Of a stretch of DNA of 64,000 nt, positions 1 to 13,400 are shown in pieces (the first letter of the stretch is position 1; each line of letters starts with the position of its first letter). The notes under the pieces are model-generated. The model was given only the letters and a program-made list of their open reading frames with translations, was not told the origin of the DNA and ran no database searches. A program made the translations under genes and the position numbers. The DNA is from Tubiluchus corallicola. Taxonomy: Eukaryota; Animalia; Priapulida. Location: NCBI GenBank assembly GCA_030141605.1, contig JAQGDQ010000556.1, forward strand, positions 78,516 through 142,515. The letters run 5' to 3'.

Positions 1-968
1 GTGGGCCGGGTTCAATGCCAGGATGATGAAAACTTTATAAACACAGACAGAGATTTGTTGAAATGATTCCTCAGTGAATTTTTTCTGTGTGTTTCATGCT
101 GGCTGTGTTCGGAACAGGTGCTTTGATGGTAACAACACCTGCCCGCTTACCAGCTGAATTAACGAGGCCATTCTATGGTTTTATACCCGGTATGTGATGC
201 TAATATGCAATGGCTTCGTAATGGATCAAACCATCACAATATAGGGGTGGGGGTGGCTGCGACGGGAACACAAAAGAATTTCCTTCATAGCATATGGTGT
301 TCTCAGCAATCTTTATTTCTGTATATAAAAAAATGAGAATAATAAATTTGACTACTTTCACTGCTTACAAACGTATAATCATCTAATTATTTGTCGTGAA
401 GCTCACGATTTCTTTATCTTATTTTTTATTAGTTCCTAATTATGATCATTAGTCATATTATTACATTCTCTTGTTAAAACATTAAAAATCCAACGCAAGA
501 AATTTCAGCTATAAAATAAGTCTATTTCTTTATATACAGTCTAAACTTTCATCCTTGAGCTAGTATGCACAACATTTACCTTCATTGAATTGCTGGCTTC
601 CTTGCTTCATGGAAAAAACTTACCTGGGCAGTTGGCTTTCAGAGATCATTGAGTAAGCATGTGACTCAAACTGAGACAATGTATAGTGTTATTAATGATT
701 TATATAAATAAAGTTCGCCTGTATTCTACTTGAATTCTACCTGCATTCTGATGTCTTAGCAATTACCTTCAGAACTTCTTCATATTATAATAACTTAAGG
801 CAGCAAAAGTAAGTATTACTCACGTCGTATGGCTATAACTACTCAACACATCCTTGGCACGTCATACTGGTTTACAGCAAATTTGGTAGAGACGCTACAA
901 ATAATTACTTGAAAATTTATCTAAACATTATTTAACGTTTGCTGAGGCTTCTGTAAGCGTGTTTAGTG

Positions 969-3378
969 AGTAATTCATTGATGTAGTGATGTAATTCATT
1001 GGGGACACAGGTCTGCAGTTCATTGAGCCAGTGATGCAGTTCATTGGGAGAGGTCCATAGTTCAGTGAGCCAGTGATGTAATTTATTGGGACAGGTCTGT
1101 AGTTCATTGAGCCAGTGATGTAGTTCATTGAGACAGGACCGTAGTTCATTGAGCCAGTGATGTAGTTCATTGAGACAGGACCGTAGTTCACTGAGCCATT
1201 GATGTAGTTCATTGGGACAGGACCGTAGTTCATTGAGCCAGTGATGTAGTTCATTGGGAGAGGTCCATAGTTCACTGAGCCAGTGATGTAATTTATTGGG
1301 GCAGGTCCATAGTTCACTGAGCCAGTGATGTAATTTATTGGGGCAGGTCTGTAGTTCACTGAGCCAGTGATGTAATTCATTGGGACAGGTCTGTAGTTCA
1401 CTGAGCCAGTGATGTAGTTCATTGGAACAGGACCGTAGTTCATTGAGCCAGTGATGTAGTTCATTGGGACAGGTCTGTAGTTCATTGAGCCAGTGATGTA
1501 GCTCATTGGGATAGGTCTGCAGTTCATTGAACAGTGATGTAGTTCATTGGGACAGGTCCATAGATCATTGAGCCAGTGATGTAGTTCACTGGGGCAGGTC
1601 TGTAGTTCATTGAGCCAGTAATGTAGTTTATTGGGACAGGAGCGTAGTTCATTGAGCCTGTGATGTAGTTCATTGGGAGAGGTCCATAGTTCACTGAGCC
1701 AGTGATGTAATTTATTGGGGCAGGTCCATAGTTCACTGAGCCAGTGATGTAGTTCACTGGGGCAGGTCTGTAGTTCATTGAGCCAGTGATGTAGCTCATT
1801 GGGACAGGTCTGTTGTTCACTGAGCCAGTGATGTAGTTCATTGGAACAGGTCTGTAGTTCATTGAGCCAGTGATGTAGTTCACTGGGGCAGGTCTGTAGT
1901 TCATTGAGCCAGTGATGTAGTTCACTGGGACAGGTCTGTAGTTCATTGAGCCAGTGATGTAGCTCATTGGGACAGGTCTGTAGTTCACTGAGCCAGTGAT
2001 GTAGTTCATTGGAACAGGACCGTAGTTCATTGAGCAGTGATGTAGTTCATTGGAACAGGACCGTAGTTCATTGAGCCAGTGATGTAGTTCATTGGGACAG
2101 ATCTGTAGTTCATTGAGCCAGTGATGTAGCTCATTGGGACAGGTCTGTAGTTCACTGAGCCAGTGATGTAGTTCATTGGGACAGGTCTGTAGTTCATTGA
2201 GCCAGTGATGTAGTTCATTGGAATAGGACCGTACTTCATTGAGCCAATGACGTAGTTCATTGGAACAGGACCGTAGTTCATTGAGCCACTGATGTAGTTC
2301 ATTGGGAGAGGTCCATAGTCCACCGAGCCAGTGATATAATTTATTGGGACAGGTCTGTAGTTCATTGAGCCAGTGATGTAGTTCATTGAGACAGGACCGT
2401 AGTTCACTGAGCCATTGATGTAGTTTATTGGAACAGGGCCGTACTTCATTGAGCCAGCGACGTAGTTCATTGGAACAGGACCGTAGTTCATTGAGCCACT
2501 GATGTAGTTCATTTTGAGAGGTCCATAGTTCACTGAGCCAGTGATGTAGTTTATTGGGACAGGAACGTAGTTCATTGAGCCTGTGATGTAGTTCATTGGG
2601 ACAGGACTGTAGTTCACTGAGCCAGTGATGTAATTCATTGGGAGAGATCCATAGTTCACTGAGCCAGTGATGTAATTCATTGGGACAGGTCTGTAGTTCA
2701 CTGAGCCAGTGATGTAGTTCATTGGGACAGGACCGTAGTTCACTGAGCCATTGATGTAGTTTATTGGGACAGGACCGTAGTTCATTGAGCCAGTGATGTA
2801 GTTCATTGGGACAGGACCGTAGTTCATTGAGCCAGTGATGTAGTTCATTGGTACAGGACCGTAGTTCATTGAGCCAGTGCTGTAGTTCATTGGGACAGGA
2901 CCGTAGTTCATTGAACAGTGATGTAGTTCATTGGGACAGGTCTGTAGTTCATTGAGCCAGTGCTGTAGTTCATTGGGACAGGTCCATAGATCACTGAGCC
3001 AGTGATGTACATAGTTCATTGAGCCAGTGATGTAGTTCATTGTGACAGGTCTGTAGTTCATTGAGCCAGTGATGTAGCTCATTGGGACAGGTCCGTAGTT
3101 CATTGAGCCAGTGATGTAGTTCATTGGAACAGGACCGCAGTTCATTGAGCCAGTGATGTAGTTCATAGGGACAGGACCCTAGTTCATTGAGCCAGTGATG
3201 TAGTTCATTGGGACAGGACTCTAGTTCATTGAGCCAGTGATGTAGTTCATTGGGACAGGACCGTAGTTCATTGAGCCAGTGATGTAGTTCATTGCGACAG
3301 GTCTGTAGTTCATTGGGACAGGTCTGTAGTTAATTGGGACAGGTCTGTAGTTCATTGAGCAGTGATGTAGTTCATTGG
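969..3378. repeat. 42-bp minisatellite (dimer of two related 21-mers), ~57 units
   Basis: Minus-strand unit AATGAACTACAGACCTGTCCC+AATGAACTACATCACTGGCTC repeated ~2.4 kb; sporadic 1-bp-short units (~1530, ~2033, ~2915, ~3360) break the MNYGPVPMNYITGS ORFs. Confidence 0.95.
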
Positions 3379-4341
3379 GGAAGCAGCTTACCAAATTGGA
3401 GCTGGGGGATTGGACCACTAACTCATGCAGAGCTCATTAGGTTTGCAACTTAGCAGATTGGGAGCTCATTGAGTAGGTTCATTGGACTAGGACTCATCAG
3501 GACAGAAGCTTTCTGGGCTCGAGATCTGTCGTGTGCGAGCTAACCAGATAGACGCTCTATAACCATGGTAACAGAGCAGAGTTTGCTAGCCTGGACACTC
3601 ACTAGGTGTCGTTTGGCCTGCCCCTCGTGATATTACAACTGTAGAGGGAAAGCAAGAGAAAAAACAGGTGTATAGAATAGAGTAAAGCAACATGTTAGTA
3701 TGATTTTATTATGCTGAATAAATACTGAACTACCTAACTGATTATTGTCATGAATTTAGTCAGTTAGCTTTTGCAGGCACGGTATAGCTGTCTTACGTGA
3801 TTCATAAATACCCACTTCACGTTTCCATGTTAATAGAACACGTCTCGGCATATCATACAGATTATTTATACATCAGATGTTGCAAAAATTTGGAAATGAG
3901 TAATGTCTGATCGTACTGCCCTGTTCATGTAACAGCTGTGCAGAGATCTAGGTAAACAACAAGCAAGACAATATACCACTATGATTTCAAGCAGGATGAC
4001 GGTGTTGTTCATGGTTTAGAAAATGAACTAGAAGCATGTAGCTTATAATCTGGGATCACCGAAAGCCAAGAATTATTGTAAGTATTAATTACTTTGGAAT
4101 ACTGCCTATAATACTGCAGTTTTGTCGTCTTTTTTACTGCTTTTTCATTTGAATTATAATTAATTTAATAAAGACAAACTCAACATGCAGTATCGCCAAC
4201 AGTGTGAAGTTGAACGCTGCTCCGTGAAAATATAGTGTGATTATGTAGTAAATTAATTATGCAAATTAATTCTAATTTCCAACAGTAACACAAAACCAAA
4301 TCAAACGCAAGCACATATTTCAGTTAAACAGTTACAGGTTA

Positions 4342-4345
4342 TTGC

Positions 4346-4394
<49 letters not shown>

Positions 4395-4560
4395 ATAGCG
4401 GCGGTGGTGGTGGTAATGGTGGTGGTGGTCGTGGTCGTGGTGGTGGTGATGGTGGTGGTGGCAGTAGTGGTGGTGGCGGTGGTGGGTGGTAGTGGTGGTG
4501 ATGGTGATGGTGGTGGTGGTGGTGGTGGCGGCGATGGAGGCGTTGATAATGATGGCAATC
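4342..4560. repeat. (GTT)n/(GGT)n trinucleotide microsatellite
   Basis: Direct inspection; produces spurious poly-T/poly-V/poly-P ORFs. Confidence 0.9.
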
Positions 4561-4666
4561 GTGGCATTGTCATTTTCATTGATATTAGCATTGTCATTGG
4601 CATTGATAATGGAGAATTTTTAAATGAAGTTTGTCACCTTTCGTTGTTTGTGTTGACAGGAAAATA

Positions 4667-5458
4667 ATGGGTGATGCTCAAAGTACAAAAGAAAGTCAAG
4701 AAGTAGAAGCCAAAGCAGAGAAGACAGACTCCTCTAATGCTGGCAATGAAAACGAAGACAAAATGGAAGATGCTCCTGATAAGAGAACTGCAGAAGCTGA
4801 AACAGAAATCAACTTAAACGACGAGGAAGATAAGGAAGATATTAAGGATGCTGAACGGGAGAAGAATGAAAAAGAAAAAAGCTCAGATGCAGATCAAGCC
4901 CTTAAAGACAGAAGGCCAAGTTTATTCGATTCATTGCTGAACATTTTCAGTGAGACATTCGCCATCAATAAACAAGAAGATAATGCGCCCGGTAATCCCG
5001 AGCAAGAAACACAAGATGAAAAAGCTGCCAGCGAGCATGATGACTCTGATAAAGATATTCTCGTCGAGGAGGACATTGAAATTGTTGTAGTGGAAGAAGC
5101 AAAGCAAACTGAAGAGAGCCAGGAAAACGTAAACAAGCCAGAACCAAGACGGACGTTGATTGAGAGACTACAGTCTTTGTTTCGAGAGCCATCACGCGAG
5201 CGAGACGAAAAAACGGAAAAAAAGGCTGTTGTCTATAACGCGGAGGATGATACAGTCACAGCTGAAACAGATCCAAAGGAAGGCGATGCAGATACTGCTA
5301 AAACGGATCTAAACGAAGAGGATGCTGTTGCACAAGACGGAGCAAGAGATTCGAGTGACGAAGTGCAAGACAGCAAAAGAGGAGTCGAGGAAACAACAGC
5401 TAAAAGCAAACAGCTGAAAAAATTGTTACCGTGTTGCAAAGAAAAGAGTGAGAACTAA
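4667..5458 (+). CDS. Acidic, predicted disordered 263-aa protein with MGxxxS N-terminus and C-terminal CC motif (GAP43/BASP1/AKAP-like composition; no family recognised)
   Basis: Uninterrupted E/D/K-rich ORF; acceptor tgtgttgacag ends 4659 followed by 7-nt UTR and ATG 4667; candidate upstream non-coding donor gtaagt near 4078; starts MGDAQSTK, ends LLPCCKEKSEN. Confidence 0.75.
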   Translation: MGDAQSTKESQEVEAKAEKTDSSNAGNENEDKMEDAPDKRTAEAETEINLNDEEDKEDIKDAEREKNEKEKSSDADQALKDRRPSLFDSLLNIFSETFAINKQEDNAPGNPEQETQDEKAASEHDDSDKDILVEEDIEIVVVEEAKQTEESQENVNKPEPRRTLIERLQSLFREPSRERDEKTEKKAVVYNAEDDTVTAETDPKEGDADTAKTDLNEEDAVAQDGARDSSDEVQDSKRGVEETTAKSKQLKKLLPCCKEKSEN

Positions 5459-5511
5459 TGATTAAGCACGTCGGTATTAATAACTAGTTTAATTTAAACA
5501 CATGTACTTAA

Positions 5512-5830
5512 AGGAATACTGCTCCTTCTTAAACTATTGCTCCTAACAATCTACCCCATAAAATATTGAAAGGGAACCTTGTCTTTTTTTCAAAAGTGAT
5601 TTACCTGAAAGAATTATTACTGCCGAAATGTAATTTGACGTTCGCAAGACTAGTTTTCCCTCTTACACGTACTTTGCTATTTGCTAGTTAGATGGACACT
5701 AACATCTGCATCTCGGAAATACGTTGCACCAAAACAGGTGCTGTACCACTCTTTTCAGAGAGGTTCAATTGTGACGAGGTGCACACATCTGACTGCTCAT
5801 GCGTGACCACACCGGTAAACTTGAAATTTG
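5512..5830 (-). mobile_element. Partial Kolobok-like non-autonomous element
   Basis: TTAA followed by AGGAATAC; interior (aaaacaggtgctgtacc, aaaatattgaaag) is the reverse complement of the right part of the element at 16983-17567; distal end not resolved. Confidence 0.4.
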
Positions 5831-8800
5831 AATTTTGAACAAGATTTGTCCAGTTTATTGTATATCACACTGAATATTTTGTATAGTAGAACTATACTTC
5901 AGTTTTTCGCTTTCGCAAAATGCATGCAACATGCTCGTGGAATGTTTGTGCTCTTGAAAATGATGTTCATTTGTGACATCATAACTAGCTGGGCCCTCGG
6001 CCGTTCGATTAAGTTTTTAACACATTATTTAGCTCTCGGAGGCACTTTGTAATTATGATAGATGTTAAAATATAATACTTTACTGTATTTCAAAATGGGG
6101 TAGAGTATGAAAAATCATCCTGTTTTCCTTAGATCACTAACTGGTTCTATAAGAGCTAGGCTGTTACGAATGCTTCGTTGTGCAGTGTTCATTATTAACA
6201 GCAGTTTGTGTTGAATTTGTTAATATAAAGAATATTATGAAAACACGAAGCAAAGGAAGCTACAAACATGTAATAATAACAAGTACAGCGATTGATAAAC
6301 GAATCTATCAATTATATTAGAAAATAATATGAATTGTATTTATAACTCAGTGGTACATAACAGGCTACGCGGTTATAGTGTCACTCTACCCGAAGATTGT
6401 TTTGTCTTTTCGAATACTGTATTTGAACATATTACGCTTTATATTCTGCTCTTCCTTGCTTTTTGAATTAATAATTCAATAAGCTTTCTGAAGGTCATGG
6501 GTCTTTTCTTCTGAAATTCCCTGGTCGTTTTAATCAATAAAGTCGTCAATAAAACTGATCAGTGAAAACAGAAATTTTGTGACGTTTCGTCACAAATGGT
6601 ATATTCTCAAACTATTATAAATATTTATAAAATTATGTGTTTTATTTACATATTCTCATTACATCATACATTGCGGATACTGTATAAAAATACTATGTAG
6701 TAATATTATTTAATTGCTATTGTATTATATAAAAATTGTAATGACAACAAACATAATGACATCATAGATTATTTATTGTAAAGCTAATTAGTACCAAAAA
6801 TCTCCAAATTTTTAATCAGGAATAACATTAAAGTGTTAACGAGATATGCTTCTCTGATAAATGAAATGACAGAATTTTGACTTCAATGTTAATCATTGTT
6901 ATACAGTAGCTTCATCACACAATATTCTATTGTTCAAGAGAAAACAAAAGTTACCATTTACATGTAAGCATTCGCTCACTCATTGTTGAGATTTCTCATA
7001 GTCTGGCTAGCAAAAACTGCAGCAAAACCGTGATGAAACAAGTTTTCTAGGTTTGGTCACCAGATCAAAGGTGCTCGAGTCTGCATTATGAAGAATTATG
7101 AAGGTGCATAAGAATAAAGTCTAGCTAATGTTTGGAGTTAAATTTAAAAAACTTCATTTCGTTTGTTTGCACATTATTGAGAGTAAAAACTTTTAGAACG
7201 ACTTACACGCAAAACAGAACACATGAAACACCATGATAATACGTGATTGGGTAACGTGTCTGTATTCTGACCTGGAAGTCTTGAATTTCATGTCACAAGA
7301 CTTTAGAAATGGTACCTGTCGTTATTTTGCTTGATGCATGATTGCGTGTGGTAATAAACTCTGTTATGATGTTGTAGTCAGTTATTTACAGTCAGTGATA
7401 AAAAATGGATTCATGACTTGTGCTGATTTTATGACGACTTTAAATAGACCAGTAACAATTACAAACAGTTCTAGGAACTTAGCAATTCATACGTTAACAT
7501 AATTATATTAAAATTAACATTACTAATAATTATTATTGATTTGTTCTTCGCAATTAATGGAATACGTCGTTCCCGTCAGTTGCAAAGAGCCAAAATCACA
7601 GTGGGGTTAATTGGCAATGTACGCAGCTGAAATGTGCGCGTGGTTGACAGAACTAGTGAAAGGCTGCGCCATTAGCATGTATATGGTGCCATGTATAATT
7701 GCAAATTGTGGGTAAAATGTCTAGTGACAACTTGTAGTTCGCATAATGCAAGTTTCTTTTTATTGACTGCTATCTTATTAGTTCTACCGTTTTCGAATTT
7801 ATAATTTAATTTGTGTAAATGTGCTCATACATTGAAAAGTTTCCGAATTGCAAAAAGACTAACATATAACTTCGCTGAACTTTAGAACAGTATCGTGAGT
7901 ATGGTTACTGGCTAGTCTTCTATGCTATAAAGTTGAACTTGAGTTGAGCTTAAAGTTGAAAGGTAAACACATGCAAGGCGATTTTTTTTAAATTGCTAAA
8001 TTTAAAATTAAATGGTCATCTGCATTACTCTGCGTTGTTGCATTAGTTGAAGTGTAGACATTTATTTAAAGAATCTGTCTATTGTGGGGAACTGTTTATT
8101 GGATTAATTGTGCATAGATGTGTCTGCTTGACGTGGATCCTTTGTCAAAAATGCCTGCCGTAGAGAGGGCACTGTGAAATTACCGTTGAAGTGAAAACTT
8201 AGTTATACTGATCTTATGAACAGGGACCCATGTTTTCAAATTTGTTAGATTGTAACTGTGGTCCAGCTTTTAATTGTCATCAGGCTTCTCGACCTGTGTC
8301 TACCAATTTATGTGTGAATTATGTCAAGTGTTAATTGATTCTTGCAATTTTTGACTTGATTAAACAAAGTTGTATTGAATTTATGTAGATGATTTTTAAG
8401 CTTTTGCTTCATCTGGATGCCGATGTCTAAACAGCCTTGCTTCATGTGATGTAATATTTATGTAACACTCATGTTTGTAATGCTACATATATAGCAAATG
8501 TCATAATTTTAAAAATTGATAATGTTTCCTAAATTAAACTGACAACATTAATGCCCACCAGTGTTTAACGATCATTTTAGCTATATTCGGTAAAGGGTAG
8601 CAAATTATAGGTGACTTTATAGTCTTTTCGCTATCCTTTGGTTCTAGATCTATCTGTTCTTTTTAAACATTCTTCAAAACGTATTAGTGATTACTTTGAT
8701 TATTTTATTTATCATGTTTTATTGTAGTATTATATAGAGATTTCGCCCCCCGTTCCTCCCAGTGGGCCCGATTCGAAAAATAAACCATCAATGGCATGAC

Positions 8801-8875
8801 ACTAGATTGAGACCTTTCGTTTGATGTATAAATCGCCGCAAATGGTGCCCTCGTCGAAGCTGTAGCCTCGAATCT

Positions 8876-8909
<34 letters not shown>

Positions 8910-9779
8910 TATATATATATATATATACCAAGAATATTAATATAAGAGATAAATAAAATTGAATTTAATTAAGTTGCATTTGTATTAACGTGTGTTTGTT
9001 CATTTATACCTAATTTTTTTTGCGATTTGAAGTCGCTTGCCCAGAGAAAATGTAAAGGCGAGACCTGTGTACAAGGATATGATTCAGCTACTAATGACAG
9101 CATAATCACCGAAGCCGACGATAGTTATAACTATGGGATAAATTATTGTTAAACTCGGTGCCGCACAGCTGAGTCTGAGTGAATGCAGTAGACTTTTGAG
9201 TAAAGATGTCATTCCGTGAAATAGTTGCATCCTATTGATTGATAATTTTTGGGAGGCGATTTTAAGGTGAAATTTTTGGAGTCGACTTTTACTTACGACA
9301 TATTTTTGGGAGATGTCGCTAAAGAGACGTCTGCAATGCGAATATGTAAAGAAATAATCCTTCATTATACGCTGGACTGAATGAACACTCATACTGTGAT
9401 ACTTCACATAAGAGAATGTTCGCGTCTTGACATTACATCACAAAATTAACAAATATTACTGTAATTTATTTTAATGTATGGAAAATTAAGCTAAGATTTA
9501 TCTATTACCGGTAAATAAACTAGCGACGAAACACTCGATCAGAACATGGAAATCGTCAATGTTGTGCAGGTGCTGCCGCCTGTCGGCTTCCGTGGGAAGT
9601 TTTACACTGGCCTTGTATACGCGTGTCTTATTGACAAAATATCAATTACCAGCATACAAGCATATATAAAACACAACTACGCAGAGGTTTTAATTTTAGT
9701 AAATTATTTTTTTCTTCAAATGGGACGGTCAGTTTCTTCAAATATGACATCATTTACTCTGGAAGATCTTTAATATTTT

Positions 9780-10080
9780 ATGGTCGACTTGTACACAGGT
9801 AATATATAAAATGATGCAATTTTTGGTCCTAAAATGCACATCGACTTGTACATAAAGTCGACTTGTACACAGGTAATATATAAAATGATGCAATTTTTGG
9901 TCTTAAAATGCACATCAGCTTGTACACAGGTAATATATAAAATTATGCGGTTTTTGGTCTTAAAATGCACATCGGCGTGTACATAAGGTCGACTTGTACA
10001 CAGGTAATATATAAAATGATGCAATTTTTGGTCTTAAAATGCACATCAATTTGTACATAAGATCAGCTTGTACACACGTG
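9780..10080. repeat. ~50-70-bp tandem repeat, ~5 copies, resembling Tc1/mariner MITE subterminal sequence
   Basis: Repeated gacttgtacacaggtaatatataaaatgatgcaatttttggtcttaaaatgcacatc. Confidence 0.8.
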
Positions 10081-10362
10081 TATACAGTAGTTCCATGTCA
10101 CCGTGGGGAGATAGATAACATGCAGAACAGAACGCATTGGTCAAGTTTGTGCGTAGCCTTATTGCACTGCTGTGAAAATCCTTCCCGGAACCTTCCGAAG
10201 AAATTATGCATAACATTGTACAACTGTTCCAACTATCGAACATTTTACGCACAAAGTTTGTTCGCTCTTTGTAACTGTTTAGAAATACGGTGGTTATTTT
10301 CAAAGAAACTCAGTGATTATTCTTTTTGTAGAAAATTTCATTGAATAGCTCAAAATCCAGTT

Positions 10363-10435
10363 ATGTACGCACAGTGGACCCAGTGGCCTCTCAGTTTACA
10401 AGCTCAAACTTATCAGAATGTGCCGCATGAACAAG
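10363..10435 (+). CDS. PNISR: PNISR coding exon 1 (MYAQWTQWPLSLQAQTYQNVPHEQ)
   Basis: Acceptor ends 10331, ATG 10363, donor G|gtaatt, phase 1 joins to VDWAAL. Confidence 0.85.
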
Positions 10436-13400
10436 GTAATTAGGTGAAATTACTTACTTCTGAACTTCTTTCTAATTCACTGAATTTCTTTCTAATTCAT
10501 TTCTTTTCTCTATCTCTGTCTATTATTTTATCCTAACTACTCCCTGTTTTTCTATAATTCTCTCTCTTGTAAATTAAGTCGTTTTTTTCACTTTTCATGG
10601 TGGTCTTACAAGCTTTGCTTCTTGACCACCATGCAGCATCTATTTCTTGTTGACAAACTATTATATGTACTTTAGTAACTATGTTAGTACACTTCTGTTA
10701 AATTTTTGTAATTATATTTGGAATTTTTCCCTAACTATATCATGCTATAGTATACTAATGTAGTTCTGTTACAATTATTGTAACTATATTTCATTTTCTA
10801 GTTATAAGGTATAATAGTTAAAGATAATAATGCAAATTGTAATGGAAAAATACATGCTGAAGTGATAATTAATTACAAAAATTACTTATGGGTAAAAGCA
10901 TAGTCAACACCCTTTTTGGATTTTTATTGATAGAAATAAATGATGGCAAAACATCTCTTGAGTTATTATTACCAAACATGTTTGAAATTGTTACTTCACA
11001 TAAATAACCTTAATTTCCAGGTCACTGAAGCACTGTTGCAGCTAGTAATCTTGTCTGAAAAATAAACTGTGCAAAATTTTGACAAGAAACTCATTTTAAC
11101 AGTTTGTAAGATTGGCTGTTTTCCTGATTTGAACAGGACGTGTTAAATTTTGTGATCTGAAGTGGAGAAAAATGTGGTTTGATTAAAATGGCCATTACTC
11201 TGTAATCTTTCATCTAATTTATAAAACAAGTATGATTTTATCATCTATATGAATGGACGTTTCATTTGCTGTATTGCACACACATCTATGTGAACATTTT
11301 TTCTGCGTCACGGGGGCTACTTCTATACTTCTCGGGGTGTTCATTGCGCTTTTGCTCCTACAATTATCACTAATACGAATGGCGTTCTGCTGTCATGTTG
11401 TGTTATGTTATGTTACCTTTTACTTCAATATGAGATAGCGAAAATTGCGCTCATCTACTTGCCCTGCAATTAATCTATATAATTACACATTTATTATAAT
11501 GTAGGTTTGTATATAAATAATGTTTCTTGTTAATAAATAAATAAATATTGTATATAAATAATCTTTGTATGTCACACGCTCGCACACACACAACAAGTAA
11601 TTGCATACGGTGCTTCATATATAAATAATCAATACAGCAGTAGATATTAGCAGGACTGAACTGCCAGCCTAGGGCATCGTAACGTCTTAATACACAACAA
11701 GTAATTGCATACGGTGCTTCATATATAAATAATCAATACAGCAGTAGATATTTGCAGGACTGAACTGCCACCCTAAGACTCCGGTTTAGTGATGTGAAAA
11801 TCTCGCGAATATCACCATTTTCGAATGCAAATCAGATATCTGGAGCAACAGTAATTGATACTTTTAAGCCTAGTTTCTAAGTGTCGATATTGGCAAGTTA
11901 ATTTTCGGTATCGTCCCACAATTCATAATGTTTCCTAACTGATGCCGTTTATGTGTTTTATTATTGTAGTTGATTGGGCGGCACTTGCACAGCAGTGGAT
12001 CGCACAGAAAGAAGCCGCAAGTGTCCCAACTGTGCCTATCAACGCGGAACTGCACGAGGAAAATGCGCACGTGGCTCCCCCTCCGACAGCAACTTCTGGT
12101 ATTCAGGGTTTTGTATACAACTACAGTGCAGGTACTGAAAGCCGTTCTTGTCAAAAAGACTTCACTTTGATGTTGGTGGACTGTGTTGTGGTCTAACTTT
12201 GGTTAATATTTGTAGCTTTTCGCTTGAAGATATATTGTGTGAAAGAACTTCTTGTTTTGCTTTGGAAAACTATAGAAGCATTTGCGAGAAATTTTATACA
12301 TGCAGCTTATCTATATTGACTGTTGTTGTCTTTCAGATCCGAATTTCATACAACATGGTGCAATGGGTTACGGAGGATGGGCTGGCGGTAACTGGAGCGG
12401 ACCCGGTGGGTGGAACGTGCCGCCCAGTGTGGTTCAACCCCCCATGCCTCCCATTGAGAAAGCTGTTATAGATTATGGACACACGCCGACTCAAACGTTT
12501 GAACATGATCACGGCAACCAGTTCAGTCATCCCGCTGAGCCGATTGATTATAACCATGGCAACAGCAGTGATGCATTCCAGTATGAACACCAGGTAAAAA
12601 ATTGACTGTCCTGTATTTTGCCTTTCACTAACTGTATATCCCTAGATAGAGTTGATACAGGTAAGATACAGGTAAGATAGAGGTAAACTACAGGTAAGAT
12701 ACAGGTAAGATACAAGCAAAATACAGGTAAGATACAGGCAAAATACAGGTAAGTTACAATTAAAATACAGGTAAGATAGAGGTAAAGTACAGGTAAGATA
12801 CAGGTAGAATACATGTAAAATACAGTCAAAATACAGGTAAGATACAAGCAAAATACAGGCAAAATACAGGTAAAATACAGGTAAGATACAAGCAAAATAC
12901 AGGTAAGAGACAGGTAAAATACGGGTAAGATACAAGCAAAATACAGGTAAGAGACAGGCAAAATACAGGTAAGATACAGGTAAAATACAGGTAAGATACA
13001 AGCAAAATACAGGTAAGAGACAGGTAAAATACAGGTAAGAGACAAGTAAGATACATTTAAAATACAGGTAAGTTACAGGTAAGATACAAGCAAAATACAG
13101 GTAAGTTACAGGTAAAATACAGGTAAGATACAAGCAAAATACAGGTAAGATACAAGCAAAATACAGGTAAGTTACTGGTAAAATACAGGTAAGAGACAAG
13201 TAAAATACAGGTAAGATACAGGTAAAATACAGGTAAGATACATTTAAAATACAGGTAAGTTACAGGTAAAATACAGGTAAGATACAAGCAAAATACAGGT
13301 AAGTTACTGGTAAAATATAGATTCATACAGTGAAGGTGCAGAGTTTATACAAATTTTTTGTTAATCATATTCTTTTCGAAAAGCAAGCCAAGTGAGTGCT

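Noticed and set aside
71-160. Short peptide CVFHAGCVRNRCFDGNNTCPL resembling the end of a RING-H2 finger
   Set aside because: Last Cys missing, upstream in-frame stops, too short to support at the window edge
928-3418. Long MNYGPVPMNYITGS ORFs as a real repetitive protein
   Set aside because: Several 1-bp frameshifts, no signal peptide or non-repeat domain, and the array lies between apparent splice sites; treated as satellite
12548-13326. Hydrophobic YLYLTCILPV ORFs on minus strand
   Set aside because: Translation artefacts of the 10-bp satellite
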